Below are positions 10,606 through 19,026 of a DNA stretch of 64,000 bases, piece by piece. The notes under the pieces were generated by a model, which saw only the letters and a list, made by a program, of their open reading frames with translations, was not told where the DNA came from and ran no database searches. Origin of the DNA: an uncultured Candidatus Saccharibacteria bacterium (GTDB lineage: Bacteria > Patescibacteriota > Saccharimonadia > Saccharimonadales > AWTP1-31); contig CALCZR010000058.1 of the NCBI GenBank assembly GCA_937903325.1, positions 65,034 through 129,033 of the forward strand. The letters run 5' to 3'. The first letter of the stretch is position 1. The number at the start of each line of letters is the position of its first letter. The translations under genes were made by a program, and so were the position numbers.

Positions 10606-11475
10606 CTAACTCAACCAATTCTTGTCATGGAAGACCCACTTCATGACGTAGTCTATAGGCCAAAAGACAAAACTCACCGTGAAGAATATGGGCAGTAGAA
10701 TCATGCCCGGCATGACCCACAGGAACGCCAATATCCAGAGGGGAGGGGAACGCTTCAGTGCCTTAAAGGCAGGACGATCTGCATGCTGCCGTTTTGTCTG
10801 GTAGGTTCGCTTAGTGTAGTGCAGAAGCTTAGGAAAGTAGTGGTAGGTCTGCTCGCTGGTTGTCATGAGCAGACGGTCGTCGCGACCAAGACTACCGCCA
10901 GATTCCAGGATACATAGTGTTAGGTCCTGGTCTTCGTGTACTAGTTGGTCGTCGTTAATGACGTCGTCCTTAACGTGTAACCACGCTTCGCGGCGGATAG
11001 CCAAGTTGGCACCCCACAGCATAGGCGTACGGAAGATACCGAGCATCCAGAAATAATACAAACTAACCCAAATAGTTGTTTGTGGCTTTTGCAGACGGGG
11101 CAGCAGTGCCGAATGCCCGGAACCAGCCAATCCTGCAATAGGGGAGTCTAGAAAGTTCTGCTTAGCCCGCTCTACCCAGTCCGGATCTAGAATAACGTCG
11201 GCATTAATTCTGCCTAAAATATCTGACTTGGCGGTGTTAAACCCTTTATTCCGGGCTGCTGCTTGGCCTTGTTTTTTCTCTGTTACAACTCGTACGAAAG
11301 AGTACTTCTTGGCGATCTCCGCGCTGTTATCTGTTGAATTGTTATCCACGACTATTACTTCGTCTGGTGCTTCTGTTTGGGTAGCAATAGCCTGCAGCGT
11401 CGCGTCGAGTACGTCTGCTTCGTTATAAACTGGTATAATAAGTGATAATGTTAACGCTTTCTTAGTGGGCATCAT
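10606..11475 (-). CDS. family 2 glycosyltransferase with C-terminal TM segments
   Basis: LSLIIPVYNE, VVDNNSTDNS and a DxD-like region. Confidence 0.85.
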   Translation of the reverse strand: MMPTKKALTLSLIIPVYNEADVLDATLQAIATQTEAPDEVIVVDNNSTDNSAEIAKKYSFVRVVTEKKQGQAAARNKGFNTAKSDILGRINADVILDPDWVERAKQNFLDSPIAGLAGSGHSALLPRLQKPQTTIWVSLYYFWMLGIFRTPMLWGANLAIRREAWLHVKDDVINDDQLVHEDQDLTLCILESGGSLGRDDRLLMTTSEQTYHYFPKLLHYTKRTYQTKRQHADRPAFKALKRSPPLWILAFLWVMPGMILLPIFFTVSFVFWPIDYVMKWVFHDKNWLS

Positions 11476-11489
11476 ATAAATAGTACCAA

Positions 11490-12695
11490 ATGAAACAAAA
11501 AACCAGAGTCAAACAGACCAGTACCAAGGAATTACGAGCTGAACGCAAATTGCTAAATCAGCACTACGGTGACAAAGAAGAGCGCCGCTACAAGCGCATC
11601 CTGAACCACCTACGTATTGAAAAGCCACGTTTCTGGTGGAAAGAACGCAAGATCTGGCAGAAGATCGGTATCGCAATCTCTATAGTAGTATTCCTACTAG
11701 TAGGATCAGCCTATGGTATTGCCCGGTGGTATATCGCCACCCAAGCTCACAAAGAGTTTAAGTTCGGCGCCACTTTTATTCCAAGCTATGCCCGTTACTT
11801 TGACCTTGAGCCCCAGGAAACCATGCAGGCCATGATCGACGACCTAAACCTACGCCATTTCCGGCTCGTAAGTTACTGGGATGAAATCGAGAAAACACCC
11901 GGGACATATGACTTTAGTGAACTAGATTGGCAGTTTAAGAAGGTCGAAGCTGCCGGTGGCACCGTGTCATTAGCACTCGGGCTACGCCAACCACGCTGGC
12001 CAGAGTGCCATATGCCTGAGTGGGCGACTAACCAACCCAAACAACAATGGTACGGTGAGCTCAAGACATTCATAGGCGAGGTAGTGAACCGCTACAAAGA
12101 CAGCCCGGCATTAGATACCTACCAGTTAGAAAACGAATTCTTCTTAAGTGTTTTTGGTATCTGCACCGACTTTAACAGGGATCGATTAGTAGACGAGTTT
12201 GACTACGTTAAGCAACTCGATCCGAATCATAAGATTATCGTGACCCGCAGCAACAACGCATGGGGCTGGCCGGTTAATGAACCGAAACCGGATATCTCCG
12301 GCGTTTCTATTTACAAACGAGTGTGGGATAAAACCATTACCAAGCGCTACTTTGAATACCCCTTCCCAGCCTGGTTCTATGCGTTCCTAGCGGGTGGGAC
12401 CAAACTATTCACCGGCCGCGACCTCATTGTCCATGAACTCCAAACCGAATCCTGGGGACCCGATAAGGGCATTAAAGAGATGACCATTGAAGAACAAAAC
12501 GAATCACTTAATGCCGAGCGGCTAACCGACCGTATCGCCTACGGTAAAGCTACCGGTATGCGCGAGATAGACCTGTGGGGCGTCGAGAGCTGGTACTGGC
12601 GCAAGACCAAGATGAACGACCCAAGCCTCTGGGAAGCCGGCAAAGCCGCCATCCACGACCAGCAGTGCTACCAATGCTACTTACCACGAGACTAA
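11490..12695 (+). CDS. membrane-anchored glycoside-hydrolase-like TIM-barrel protein (clan GH-A-like)
   Basis: N-terminal TM helix, then FRLVSYWDEIE..GTYDF and the YQLENEFF acid/base-like motif. Confidence 0.7.
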   Translation: MKQKTRVKQTSTKELRAERKLLNQHYGDKEERRYKRILNHLRIEKPRFWWKERKIWQKIGIAISIVVFLLVGSAYGIARWYIATQAHKEFKFGATFIPSYARYFDLEPQETMQAMIDDLNLRHFRLVSYWDEIEKTPGTYDFSELDWQFKKVEAAGGTVSLALGLRQPRWPECHMPEWATNQPKQQWYGELKTFIGEVVNRYKDSPALDTYQLENEFFLSVFGICTDFNRDRLVDEFDYVKQLDPNHKIIVTRSNNAWGWPVNEPKPDISGVSIYKRVWDKTITKRYFEYPFPAWFYAFLAGGTKLFTGRDLIVHELQTESWGPDKGIKEMTIEEQNESLNAERLTDRIAYGKATGMREIDLWGVESWYWRKTKMNDPSLWEAGKAAIHDQQCYQCYLPRD

Positions 12696-12718
12696 GACAA
12701 ACCCGGTATACTGATGCT

Positions 12719-13603
12719 ATGCAAATCGGTGCCAGTCTTTCTATTAAGCAGTGTCGCAACTTTGGCCTGGACGACCAAAAGGTGCTCAAGAGTGCCATCA
12801 CTGATCTAGGAATCAAGCACTTCCGCCTGATGAGCTACTGGGATGAGATTGAGCAGCAACAAGGAACATACGACTTTGCCTTATTGGATAAGCAAATTAA
12901 AACCGTCTCGAAGCACCAGGGTTACGTTTCGCTATGTCTCGGGGCACGCCAGCCTCGCTGGCCAGAGAGTCACTGGCCCGACTGGACTAAGAGCCTGAGT
13001 AAAGAGGAACGCAACCAAGCGCTCTATGCCTTTATCACAGCCGTGGTACAGCGCTACAAAGACAACAAGACGGTTGTAAGTTGGCAGCTTGAAAATGAAG
13101 CACTCCTCAAAAACTTTGGCGAGAACGGTGACTTTGACCGCAAGCGACTTCGTCATGAATTTAGGTTAGTAAAACACATTGACCCAACCCGACCCGTTAT
13201 TATGACAACCAGCACCAGCTGGGGAATACCCCTCGGAAGACCCACACCAGATATTGTGGGGTTCTCCTACTACCGAGTCACCTACGACAAAGGTAATTAT
13301 CGTAAGTCGATCTACCAACCGTGGATCTTCAGGCTCCGGGCCTTACTTATCCGGATTATCTGGCGACGGCCAAGCTTTATTCATGAACTCCAAGCCGAGC
13401 CGTGGGGACCACAGAACATTTGGGAGATGAGCAAGACCGAACAAGCCAAGTCCATGAGCCCCGACCTTCTGCAAGCCAACGTAGCGGCCGCGAAGAGTAC
13501 TAAGCTGCACCCCATAGACCTGTGGGGGTTAGAGTGGTGGTATTGGCTCAAGCAACAGGCAAACCCTGAAATATGGAATACCGTAAAAAAGCTTACCAAA
13601 TAA
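12719..13603 (+). CDS. glycoside-hydrolase-like TIM-barrel protein; tandem paralog without a TM anchor
   Basis: Shares FRLMSYWDEIE..GTYDF, WQLENEAL and HELQAEPWGP with the preceding gene. I chose the ATG at 12719; the track start at 12575 overlaps the upstream gene. Confidence 0.7.
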   Translation: MQIGASLSIKQCRNFGLDDQKVLKSAITDLGIKHFRLMSYWDEIEQQQGTYDFALLDKQIKTVSKHQGYVSLCLGARQPRWPESHWPDWTKSLSKEERNQALYAFITAVVQRYKDNKTVVSWQLENEALLKNFGENGDFDRKRLRHEFRLVKHIDPTRPVIMTTSTSWGIPLGRPTPDIVGFSYYRVTYDKGNYRKSIYQPWIFRLRALLIRIIWRRPSFIHELQAEPWGPQNIWEMSKTEQAKSMSPDLLQANVAAAKSTKLHPIDLWGLEWWYWLKQQANPEIWNTVKKLTK

Positions 13604-13611
13604 TATAGCAT
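13604..13611. repeat. target-site duplication TATAGCAT (left copy) of transposon 1
   Basis: An identical 8-mer abuts the right inverted repeat at 17840..17847. Confidence 0.85.
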
Positions 13612-13659
13612 GGCAATTATATACTTGACGTTACCACTTACCTCTGTTAGAATGGATAT

Positions 13660-14604
13660 ATGGAGTCATTCAATCTCATCCAGTTCTATCAGAAGTTCGG
13701 TACTGAAAAACAATGCCAGAACTTCTTGTATAAGGCTCGCTGGGTGGATGGTGTAACCTGTCCGAAGTGCGGTGAGATTAATGTTAAGACCTATAAACTA
13801 GCTAGCGGTCGTATAAAGTGTGCCAGTTGCCGTAATACTTTTACCGTTCGTACTCGCAGTGTCATTGAAGACAGCCCAGTACCACTCCAGAAGTGGTTCC
13901 TAGCAATCTACTTGTGTGGCAGCTACAAAAAAGGCATCTCCTCAATTCAGCTCAGTAAGTATATTGGCGTCACGCAGAAGACTGCTTGGTTCATGCTTCA
14001 ACGTATCCGCTACGTCTTTGAAAACGACAGCTTTGAGCTACTGAACGGTGAAGTTGAAATGGATGAGGCCTACATCGGGGGCAAAGACAGCAACAAACAC
14101 GCGCACAAGAAACTAAAGGCTGTCACTGGCAAAGGTGCACAAGGTTTTGGTAGCAAGAACAGTAAAGCTCCAGTTGTTGGCATGGTCGAACGTGGTGGCC
14201 AGTTGCACGCTATCGCTACAAAAGATACTGGCAGCAAAACACTCATGACCTTAGCCCGCATACATATAGACATTAACGCCACGATCTACACAGACGAACA
14301 TATGCCCTATCGAACACTGCCTAAGATCGGCTTTAAGCACGAAAGCGTTAATCACGGCGTTAAAGAATTTGTAAACGGCATGGCCAGTACTAACACGACC
14401 GAGTCGTTTTGGTCACATTTAAAACGAGGCATTAATGGTATTTACCACCACGTCAGCACCAAACATCTGCAACGTTATTGCGATGAATACAGCTACCGTT
14501 GGAATACCCGTGAGCTAACTGACGGTGAACGGTTTGAGGACTGGTTTAATCACCTAAACGGCAAGCGACTAACCTACAGCAGCCTCGTTGCTAAAAAGAA
14601 CTAA
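13660..14604 (+). CDS. IS1595-family (ISXO2-like) DDE transposase
   Basis: N-terminal zinc ribbon CPKCG..CASC, then GISSIQLSKYIGVTQKTAWFMLQRIR, DEAYIGG, IYTDE and NTTESFWSHLKR. The promoter has its TTGACG -35 inside the left repeat, then 17 nt, TAGAAT, 6 nt and the ATG. Confidence 0.9.
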   Translation: MESFNLIQFYQKFGTEKQCQNFLYKARWVDGVTCPKCGEINVKTYKLASGRIKCASCRNTFTVRTRSVIEDSPVPLQKWFLAIYLCGSYKKGISSIQLSKYIGVTQKTAWFMLQRIRYVFENDSFELLNGEVEMDEAYIGGKDSNKHAHKKLKAVTGKGAQGFGSKNSKAPVVGMVERGGQLHAIATKDTGSKTLMTLARIHIDINATIYTDEHMPYRTLPKIGFKHESVNHGVKEFVNGMASTNTTESFWSHLKRGINGIYHHVSTKHLQRYCDEYSYRWNTRELTDGERFEDWFNHLNGKRLTYSSLVAKKN

Positions 14605-14818
14605 ACTTACCTACTGATACCCAACGTATCTTTCTTGAAATGCCCCTACATATTCCTCCTTTCTTTTCTCCCTCTCTTTCTATATAAATATAGAAGAGAA
14701 CAGATTAATTGAGTGATGTAGGGTTATGAGTAGATGTTAGGTGTAAGTTTTGTGAGTTGTATGGTCTGTAGTGTTGAGTGTAGTTTTGGTGAATTAGTGA
14801 GTACCGGTAAGTGATGAT

Positions 14819-15655
14819 ATGGGTGAAGTTAAGTATCGAAGACCATTGAATAAACAGCAGATTAGAACTCTACATTTACTGTATTGGTACCGCTTTTGTA
14901 CGAGCAAACAACTTGCTAGATCTTTTGACAAAGCCAGTCCCAAAGCCATCCAAAACAAACTGCAGATACTGGAAGCCCAAGAACTTATTAGCAAGCGCTA
15001 CGATAAGTCCTACAAGTTAGCTGGACGATCTGCTGAATACTTCATTACCCCAAAAGGTGCTCGAGCACTGGAAAAAGCCAACCCTGATTCAACTAATGCT
15101 TGGGCAACTAAGAGCCTGTATAAGAATAAAACAGTTTCAGACGACTTTCTCAAACACTGTATCGCTGTAACTGAAACGGCTCAAAGACTCCGAGAAATAT
15201 ACGGTGACAACAAAAAACTACACATACTCCCTAAAAGTTATATGGCGCAATGCGACCATTACCCAAGCTGGACACCCGACCTACATCTTGAGATACATGG
15301 CACAGGTGAAACACCAACCAAACACTACTTTCTAGATGTATGGGATGACACCAAACCATTCTTTGTAAGTGTCAGGAAAACCAGAAACTACGCTAACTTC
15401 AAGGATAGTGGTGACTGGCAAGAAGACGAACCGTACCCAGCAATCTCAGCTATCTGTAAAGATGAACGAACCCAGAAGAAGCTAAACCGACAAATGAAAC
15501 GTATCTCCGACGAACAATGGGATGATGAGTGGGTGTTTACAACCACGACCAGGCAACAGCTCGAGCATGCAACAAGAGCAATTGAGAAGATATGGTATGT
15601 CGTCGGAATGGGTGAGCAGAGGTCGCTAATACGAGTACAAGATACCGAAGATTAG
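14819..15655 (+). CDS. replication-relaxation-family-like protein (winged-helix N-terminus)
   Basis: LNKQQIRTLHLLYWYRFCTSKQLARSF..LQILEAQELISKRY matches the replication-relaxation pattern by eye. A paralogous gene occupies the same position in transposon 2. Confidence 0.65.
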   Translation: MGEVKYRRPLNKQQIRTLHLLYWYRFCTSKQLARSFDKASPKAIQNKLQILEAQELISKRYDKSYKLAGRSAEYFITPKGARALEKANPDSTNAWATKSLYKNKTVSDDFLKHCIAVTETAQRLREIYGDNKKLHILPKSYMAQCDHYPSWTPDLHLEIHGTGETPTKHYFLDVWDDTKPFFVSVRKTRNYANFKDSGDWQEDEPYPAISAICKDERTQKKLNRQMKRISDEQWDDEWVFTTTTRQQLEHATRAIEKIWYVVGMGEQRSLIRVQDTED

Positions 15656-15760
15656 GCGATACTACTACAGTGATTTGTGTGACGTGACTAAACAGATTGA
15701 CAATAGGGGCTATGTGTTACAATAACCGTAAGCGTATAAAGTAAAACAGGAAATTTCTCC

Positions 15761-17521
15761 ATGCAAAGCATCCTTAGCTCACTCAATAACCTTACTAAAA
15801 CAAACAAACTCGTACTCGCCACCTTCGCCTTCCTGGCGGTGTTAGCGTTTGGAGGTGGAAGGGCCCATGCAGCAAGTCTTACGGTTGGCGGTGGCTGCAC
15901 GCTCCCTATTGCCATTAACTCAGTCAATGCAGGATCAGTACAAGTAGGCTGTGGTTCAAATACTTCTGGTGTCTATGGAACTAATGACACTATTACATTG
16001 CCAGCGGGGACTATTACGCTTTCTGCGGATCTTCCGCACATTGAAGACAAGGCGGTTAGTGTTATTGGAGCTGGCAAAAATACAACCACAATTGATGCTG
16101 ATGGCTACGCTGGGTTCTATATTGATGCATATCCTGGGCCGTCAGGTGTCTATAGTCACGTACTCAGAGACTTTACTATAACGGGCGCAGCTACGGCGGG
16201 TATTATCGCGCTGGACGCAGATACATTCACGCTCGAGAACATGGTGGTTACCGACTCAACAATGGGGGTATTTATCCGTGCCATTCATACGATAGTGACA
16301 AACTCCAATATCATCAATAATACTAATTCGAGTGTTAACGACAACTGGATCGAAGGTACCTTTGGGAGTTCTCTTGCCGGGCTAGGCATAGTCCCCCAGG
16401 GTGCGTCCTCAAGCGACATCCCGTCTGTAGATATTACAGGCAGCGTAATTAGTGGCAACCAGTCTGAGTCCGCAGGACTTTCAGTACATTTCTTTGCAAA
16501 TACACAGTCCGGCAATGTTGACAGTCTGAGTTTTCATATGGACAACACCACAATATCTGACAATATTGCTGAAAAGTGGGCTGGTGCTATTCTGTTCGAA
16601 GAGGGCGGAACAACATCTGTTGTTGGGGTTGACCTAACACTTGACGCTGTTACTATCTCGGGTAACTCGGTGGAGGTTCAGGATGCCGACCCGCTCGTAG
16701 ACCCCTTCCAAAGCAAACCATATGTTTCGGGATTTATCTTTAACGGTACACTTGAAGACACTCGGAACCTTACTAATGTGACATCGGCATACAATACCAT
16801 TATCAATGATATGGATAACCAATTGACCGTTGCCGGGTTCATTGGGAGCCTATCTCCTGATAGTGCAGGTTTAACTTTTACAAATGCCACTATAGTCGGT
16901 AATGAGGTTACGCAGTCACAGCTTGGAGCGTTCTTCCAGGACTTTCTAGCCAGTGGAGTTAACGCCGCCTTCTTTGTACACACAACCGATCCTAACGCTC
17001 CAGATATAAACAACGCTGCAAGCGCACAAAATAGCTTGGTGGCTGGGAATTCGCGAAACGGTGATGTAGGAAGTTGTATACAGGGCGATAAGTCGGCGCT
17101 TGGACTCTCCGGCATGATGGATCTAACACCCACCAGTCTTGGCAACAACATCACCGATGATCCGAACTGTACCGGATACACCGTAGTGTCAAATATCCTC
17201 TCGACGCTTGGTCCATTACAAGATAACGGTGGCCCGGTAGAAACTATCGCCTTGCTTGACGGCTCTCCAGCCATCTCCGCTGGTGGTGCGGTCCTCGGTG
17301 TGACTACCGATGCTCGTGGTATCGCCCGTCCTAGCAGTTGTGTATCTGTTGGTGCCTTCCAATTCGAAGGTGCTGTGTGCGGCACTTCTACAACCAACAA
17401 TGGCACGAATGCTGGTGCTCCTAACACCGGAATAGGCTCAGTTTCCAATACACTGAACGCTCTGGCCAGTCTCGTTGGGTTAGCTACCATTAGCTATACA
17501 CTTCGTAAACGTGAGGTATAG
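15761..17521 (+). CDS. secreted parallel beta-helix surface protein with C-terminal APNTG sorting signal
   Basis: Signal peptide, then a GGGCTLPIAINSVN motif (CSLREA-like). Repetitive Gly/Asn/Thr-rich beta-helix-type sequence follows. The C-terminus is APNTG, a hydrophobic stretch, then RKREV. Confidence 0.8.
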   Translation: MQSILSSLNNLTKTNKLVLATFAFLAVLAFGGGRAHAASLTVGGGCTLPIAINSVNAGSVQVGCGSNTSGVYGTNDTITLPAGTITLSADLPHIEDKAVSVIGAGKNTTTIDADGYAGFYIDAYPGPSGVYSHVLRDFTITGAATAGIIALDADTFTLENMVVTDSTMGVFIRAIHTIVTNSNIINNTNSSVNDNWIEGTFGSSLAGLGIVPQGASSSDIPSVDITGSVISGNQSESAGLSVHFFANTQSGNVDSLSFHMDNTTISDNIAEKWAGAILFEEGGTTSVVGVDLTLDAVTISGNSVEVQDADPLVDPFQSKPYVSGFIFNGTLEDTRNLTNVTSAYNTIINDMDNQLTVAGFIGSLSPDSAGLTFTNATIVGNEVTQSQLGAFFQDFLASGVNAAFFVHTTDPNAPDINNAASAQNSLVAGNSRNGDVGSCIQGDKSALGLSGMMDLTPTSLGNNITDDPNCTGYTVVSNILSTLGPLQDNGGPVETIALLDGSPAISAGGAVLGVTTDARGIARPSSCVSVGAFQFEGAVCGTSTTNNGTNAGAPNTGIGSVSNTLNALASLVGLATISYTLRKREV

Positions 17522-17530
17522 TTTGTTTCC

Positions 17531-17797
17531 TTAGCCAATCATACGATTCCTCGTAGAGTATAATTCAGGTACTATGACAGATAAGAAACCTAGCAGTGAG
17601 CAAATTAAAGCACTAGAAGCACAAATTAAGAGTGACCAAGATAGACCGGTACGTGAGAATGAACGACGTGTAAGGATTGAAGAGAGCGTTGACAGCGCTA
17701 TTGAAAAGATGGCAAAGGCTCCACCTATTACTAACAAAAACCTCGTACAGTGGACTAAGAAACAAAGAAACACAAGCCAAGACTGACACAGAACCAT
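17531..17797 (-). CDS. small hydrophobic membrane protein next to the right repeat of transposon 1
   Basis: 88-aa hydrophobic ORF. The homologous position in transposon 2 (47543..47833) holds only a minus-strand membrane ORF. The two share the motif LL[VL]IG.A....S. Confidence 0.4.
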   Translation of the reverse strand: MVLCQSWLVFLCFLVHCTRFLLVIGGAFAIFSIALSTLSSILTRRSFSRTGLSWSLLICASSALICSLLGFLSVIVPELYSTRNRMIG

Positions 17798-17839
17798 AAC
17801 AATCTCCTGTAATTTGGTAGCGTCAAGTATATAATTGCC

Positions 17840-17847
17840 TATAGCAT
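17840..17847. repeat. target-site duplication TATAGCAT (right copy) of transposon 1
   Basis: Identical to 13604..13611 and lies immediately outside the right inverted repeat. Confidence 0.85.
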
Positions 17848-17886
17848 TAGCTTTGTCTATTCACTGTTATCCGTTACAATGAAAGG

Positions 17887-18357
17887 ATGGCCAAGAAGAA
17901 GCCCAATCAACCAAAGACCATTAGTAATCGCCGAGCCCGTCACGACTATGCCCTCGACGATAGCTTGCTCGTGGGCATTGTTCTGACTGGTGCCGAGACA
18001 AAGGCCCTCCGCCATGGCCACGGACAGCTCCGGGGAGCCTACGTAACCATTAAGGATAATGAGCTGTGGCTCATTAACGCTACTATCTCAGCCATGCCCG
18101 GAATAGCCATTGAAGAGACTGCCCAAACCCGTACCCGAAAACTCCTGGCTAAACGAAAAGAAGTCGACAAACTTATTGAAGTAAAACACCAGGGCAGAAC
18201 CATTGTGCCACTTGAGATTCTTACCCAAGGTAGGTACATAAAGCTCCGTATTGCTGCCGGAAAAGGTAAGAAGCAGTACGACAAACGTCAGACCTTAAAG
18301 GCTCGCGACCAAGGCAGAGAAGCCAAAGCCGCCATTAAGCAGCGGGCGCGTTCCTAA
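17887..18357 (+). CDS. smpB: SsrA-binding protein
   Basis: NRRARHDY, GAEVKALR-like TGAETKALRHG, and a basic C-terminal tail. TACAAT lies 6 nt before the ATG. Confidence 0.95.
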   Translation: MAKKKPNQPKTISNRRARHDYALDDSLLVGIVLTGAETKALRHGHGQLRGAYVTIKDNELWLINATISAMPGIAIEETAQTRTRKLLAKRKEVDKLIEVKHQGRTIVPLEILTQGRYIKLRIAAGKGKKQYDKRQTLKARDQGREAKAAIKQRARS

Positions 18358-18869
18358 TGAGTGCTACGGGCGACGGCATTGTCGTTGACGACGATGACAA
18401 TGTTATTGCCAACAAATTCTGGCCTGAAGTTATACCAACAGACCGCGTCCGCATTTCTGCGGTATTCATTGAGAATTCAAAAGGTGAAGTCCTTATAGCC
18501 CAGCGCAGTCACCACAAACGACACCAACCAAACCTGTGGGGGCCTTCTGCCAGTGGCACCGTGGAGCCAGGTGAGTCATACGAGCAGAACGCTTACAAGG
18601 AACTTGAAGAAGAAGTAGGACTGAGCGGTATTACATTACGGGAAGTAAAGAAACTTAAATGGGACGGCAGTCCTACCGACAAGCGCTACTGTGTTTGCTA
18701 CCGAGGTGTCTGTGATTGGCCGATTAAAAAGTTTACCCTGCAGGAATCAGAAGTAGACGCCGTAGCCTGGATTAGTATCCCGGACCTACTGAAAGAACTT
18801 AAAGAACAACCGGATAAGTATTTGCCGAACACCGAAACGTGGCTAAGACACTTTGGTTTGATTAGTTGA
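18357..18869 (+). CDS. Nudix hydrolase
   Basis: Nudix box in GTVEPGESYEQNAYKELEEEVGL. The start overlaps the smpB stop (TAATG). Confidence 0.85.
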   Translation: MSATGDGIVVDDDDNVIANKFWPEVIPTDRVRISAVFIENSKGEVLIAQRSHHKRHQPNLWGPSASGTVEPGESYEQNAYKELEEEVGLSGITLREVKKLKWDGSPTDKRYCVCYRGVCDWPIKKFTLQESEVDAVAWISIPDLLKELKEQPDKYLPNTETWLRHFGLIS

Positions 18870-18916
18870 GGTGGTTAGTGACCCCTGCAGATAGATAGCA
18901 ATCCTTCATCTAAGCA

Positions 18917-18945
18917 TTGCATGAACCGCCTCTGTTAGGTATAAT
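18917..18945 (+). promoter_or_regulatory. sigma70-like promoter upstream of tRNA-Asn
   Basis: TTGCAT, a 17-nt spacer, then TATAAT. Confidence 0.5.
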
Positions 18946-19026
18946 TTGTCGGTCGCTACTTTGCGTAGCATGTACCTTTATTTTACAGGCGATGAGAACT
19001 TGAGTATTCAAGCTTCTCATTGTTAT

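Larger units (their letters stand above)
13612..17839 (+). mobile_element. IS1595-family transposon carrying cargo genes (4,228 bp)
   Basis: The left repeat GGCAATTATATACTTGACG (13612..13630) is perfectly reverse-complementary to 17821..17839. The match extends to 25 bp with 1 mismatch. An 8-bp direct repeat flanks the element, and a DDE transposase sits inside it. Confidence 0.85.

Noticed and set aside
12575-12718. An upstream extension of the second GH-like gene, overlapping the first by 121 nt.
   Set aside because: The extension (MGRRELVLAQDQDERPKPLGSRQSRHP...) has no counterpart in the paralog. Homology starts right after the ATG at 12719.
16678-17490. Long antisense ORFs inside large genes. 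Examples: 270 aa here, 29713..30567 (284 aa), 43737..44339 (200 aa), 60297..60893 (198 aa), 61399..61884, 9840..10265 and 7097..7513. There are also many 60-150-aa ORFs inside the giant genes.
   Set aside because: Each lies fully within a longer ORF on the other strand that has clear family motifs. Their Pro/Ser/Arg/Leu-rich compositions are typical of antisense frames.
17574-17786. A 70-aa Lys/Glu-rich plus-strand ORF near the right end of transposon 1.
   Set aside because: It is the antisense image of a hydrophobic ORF. At the homologous region of transposon 2 only the minus-strand frame is open. It remains possible but is less likely.
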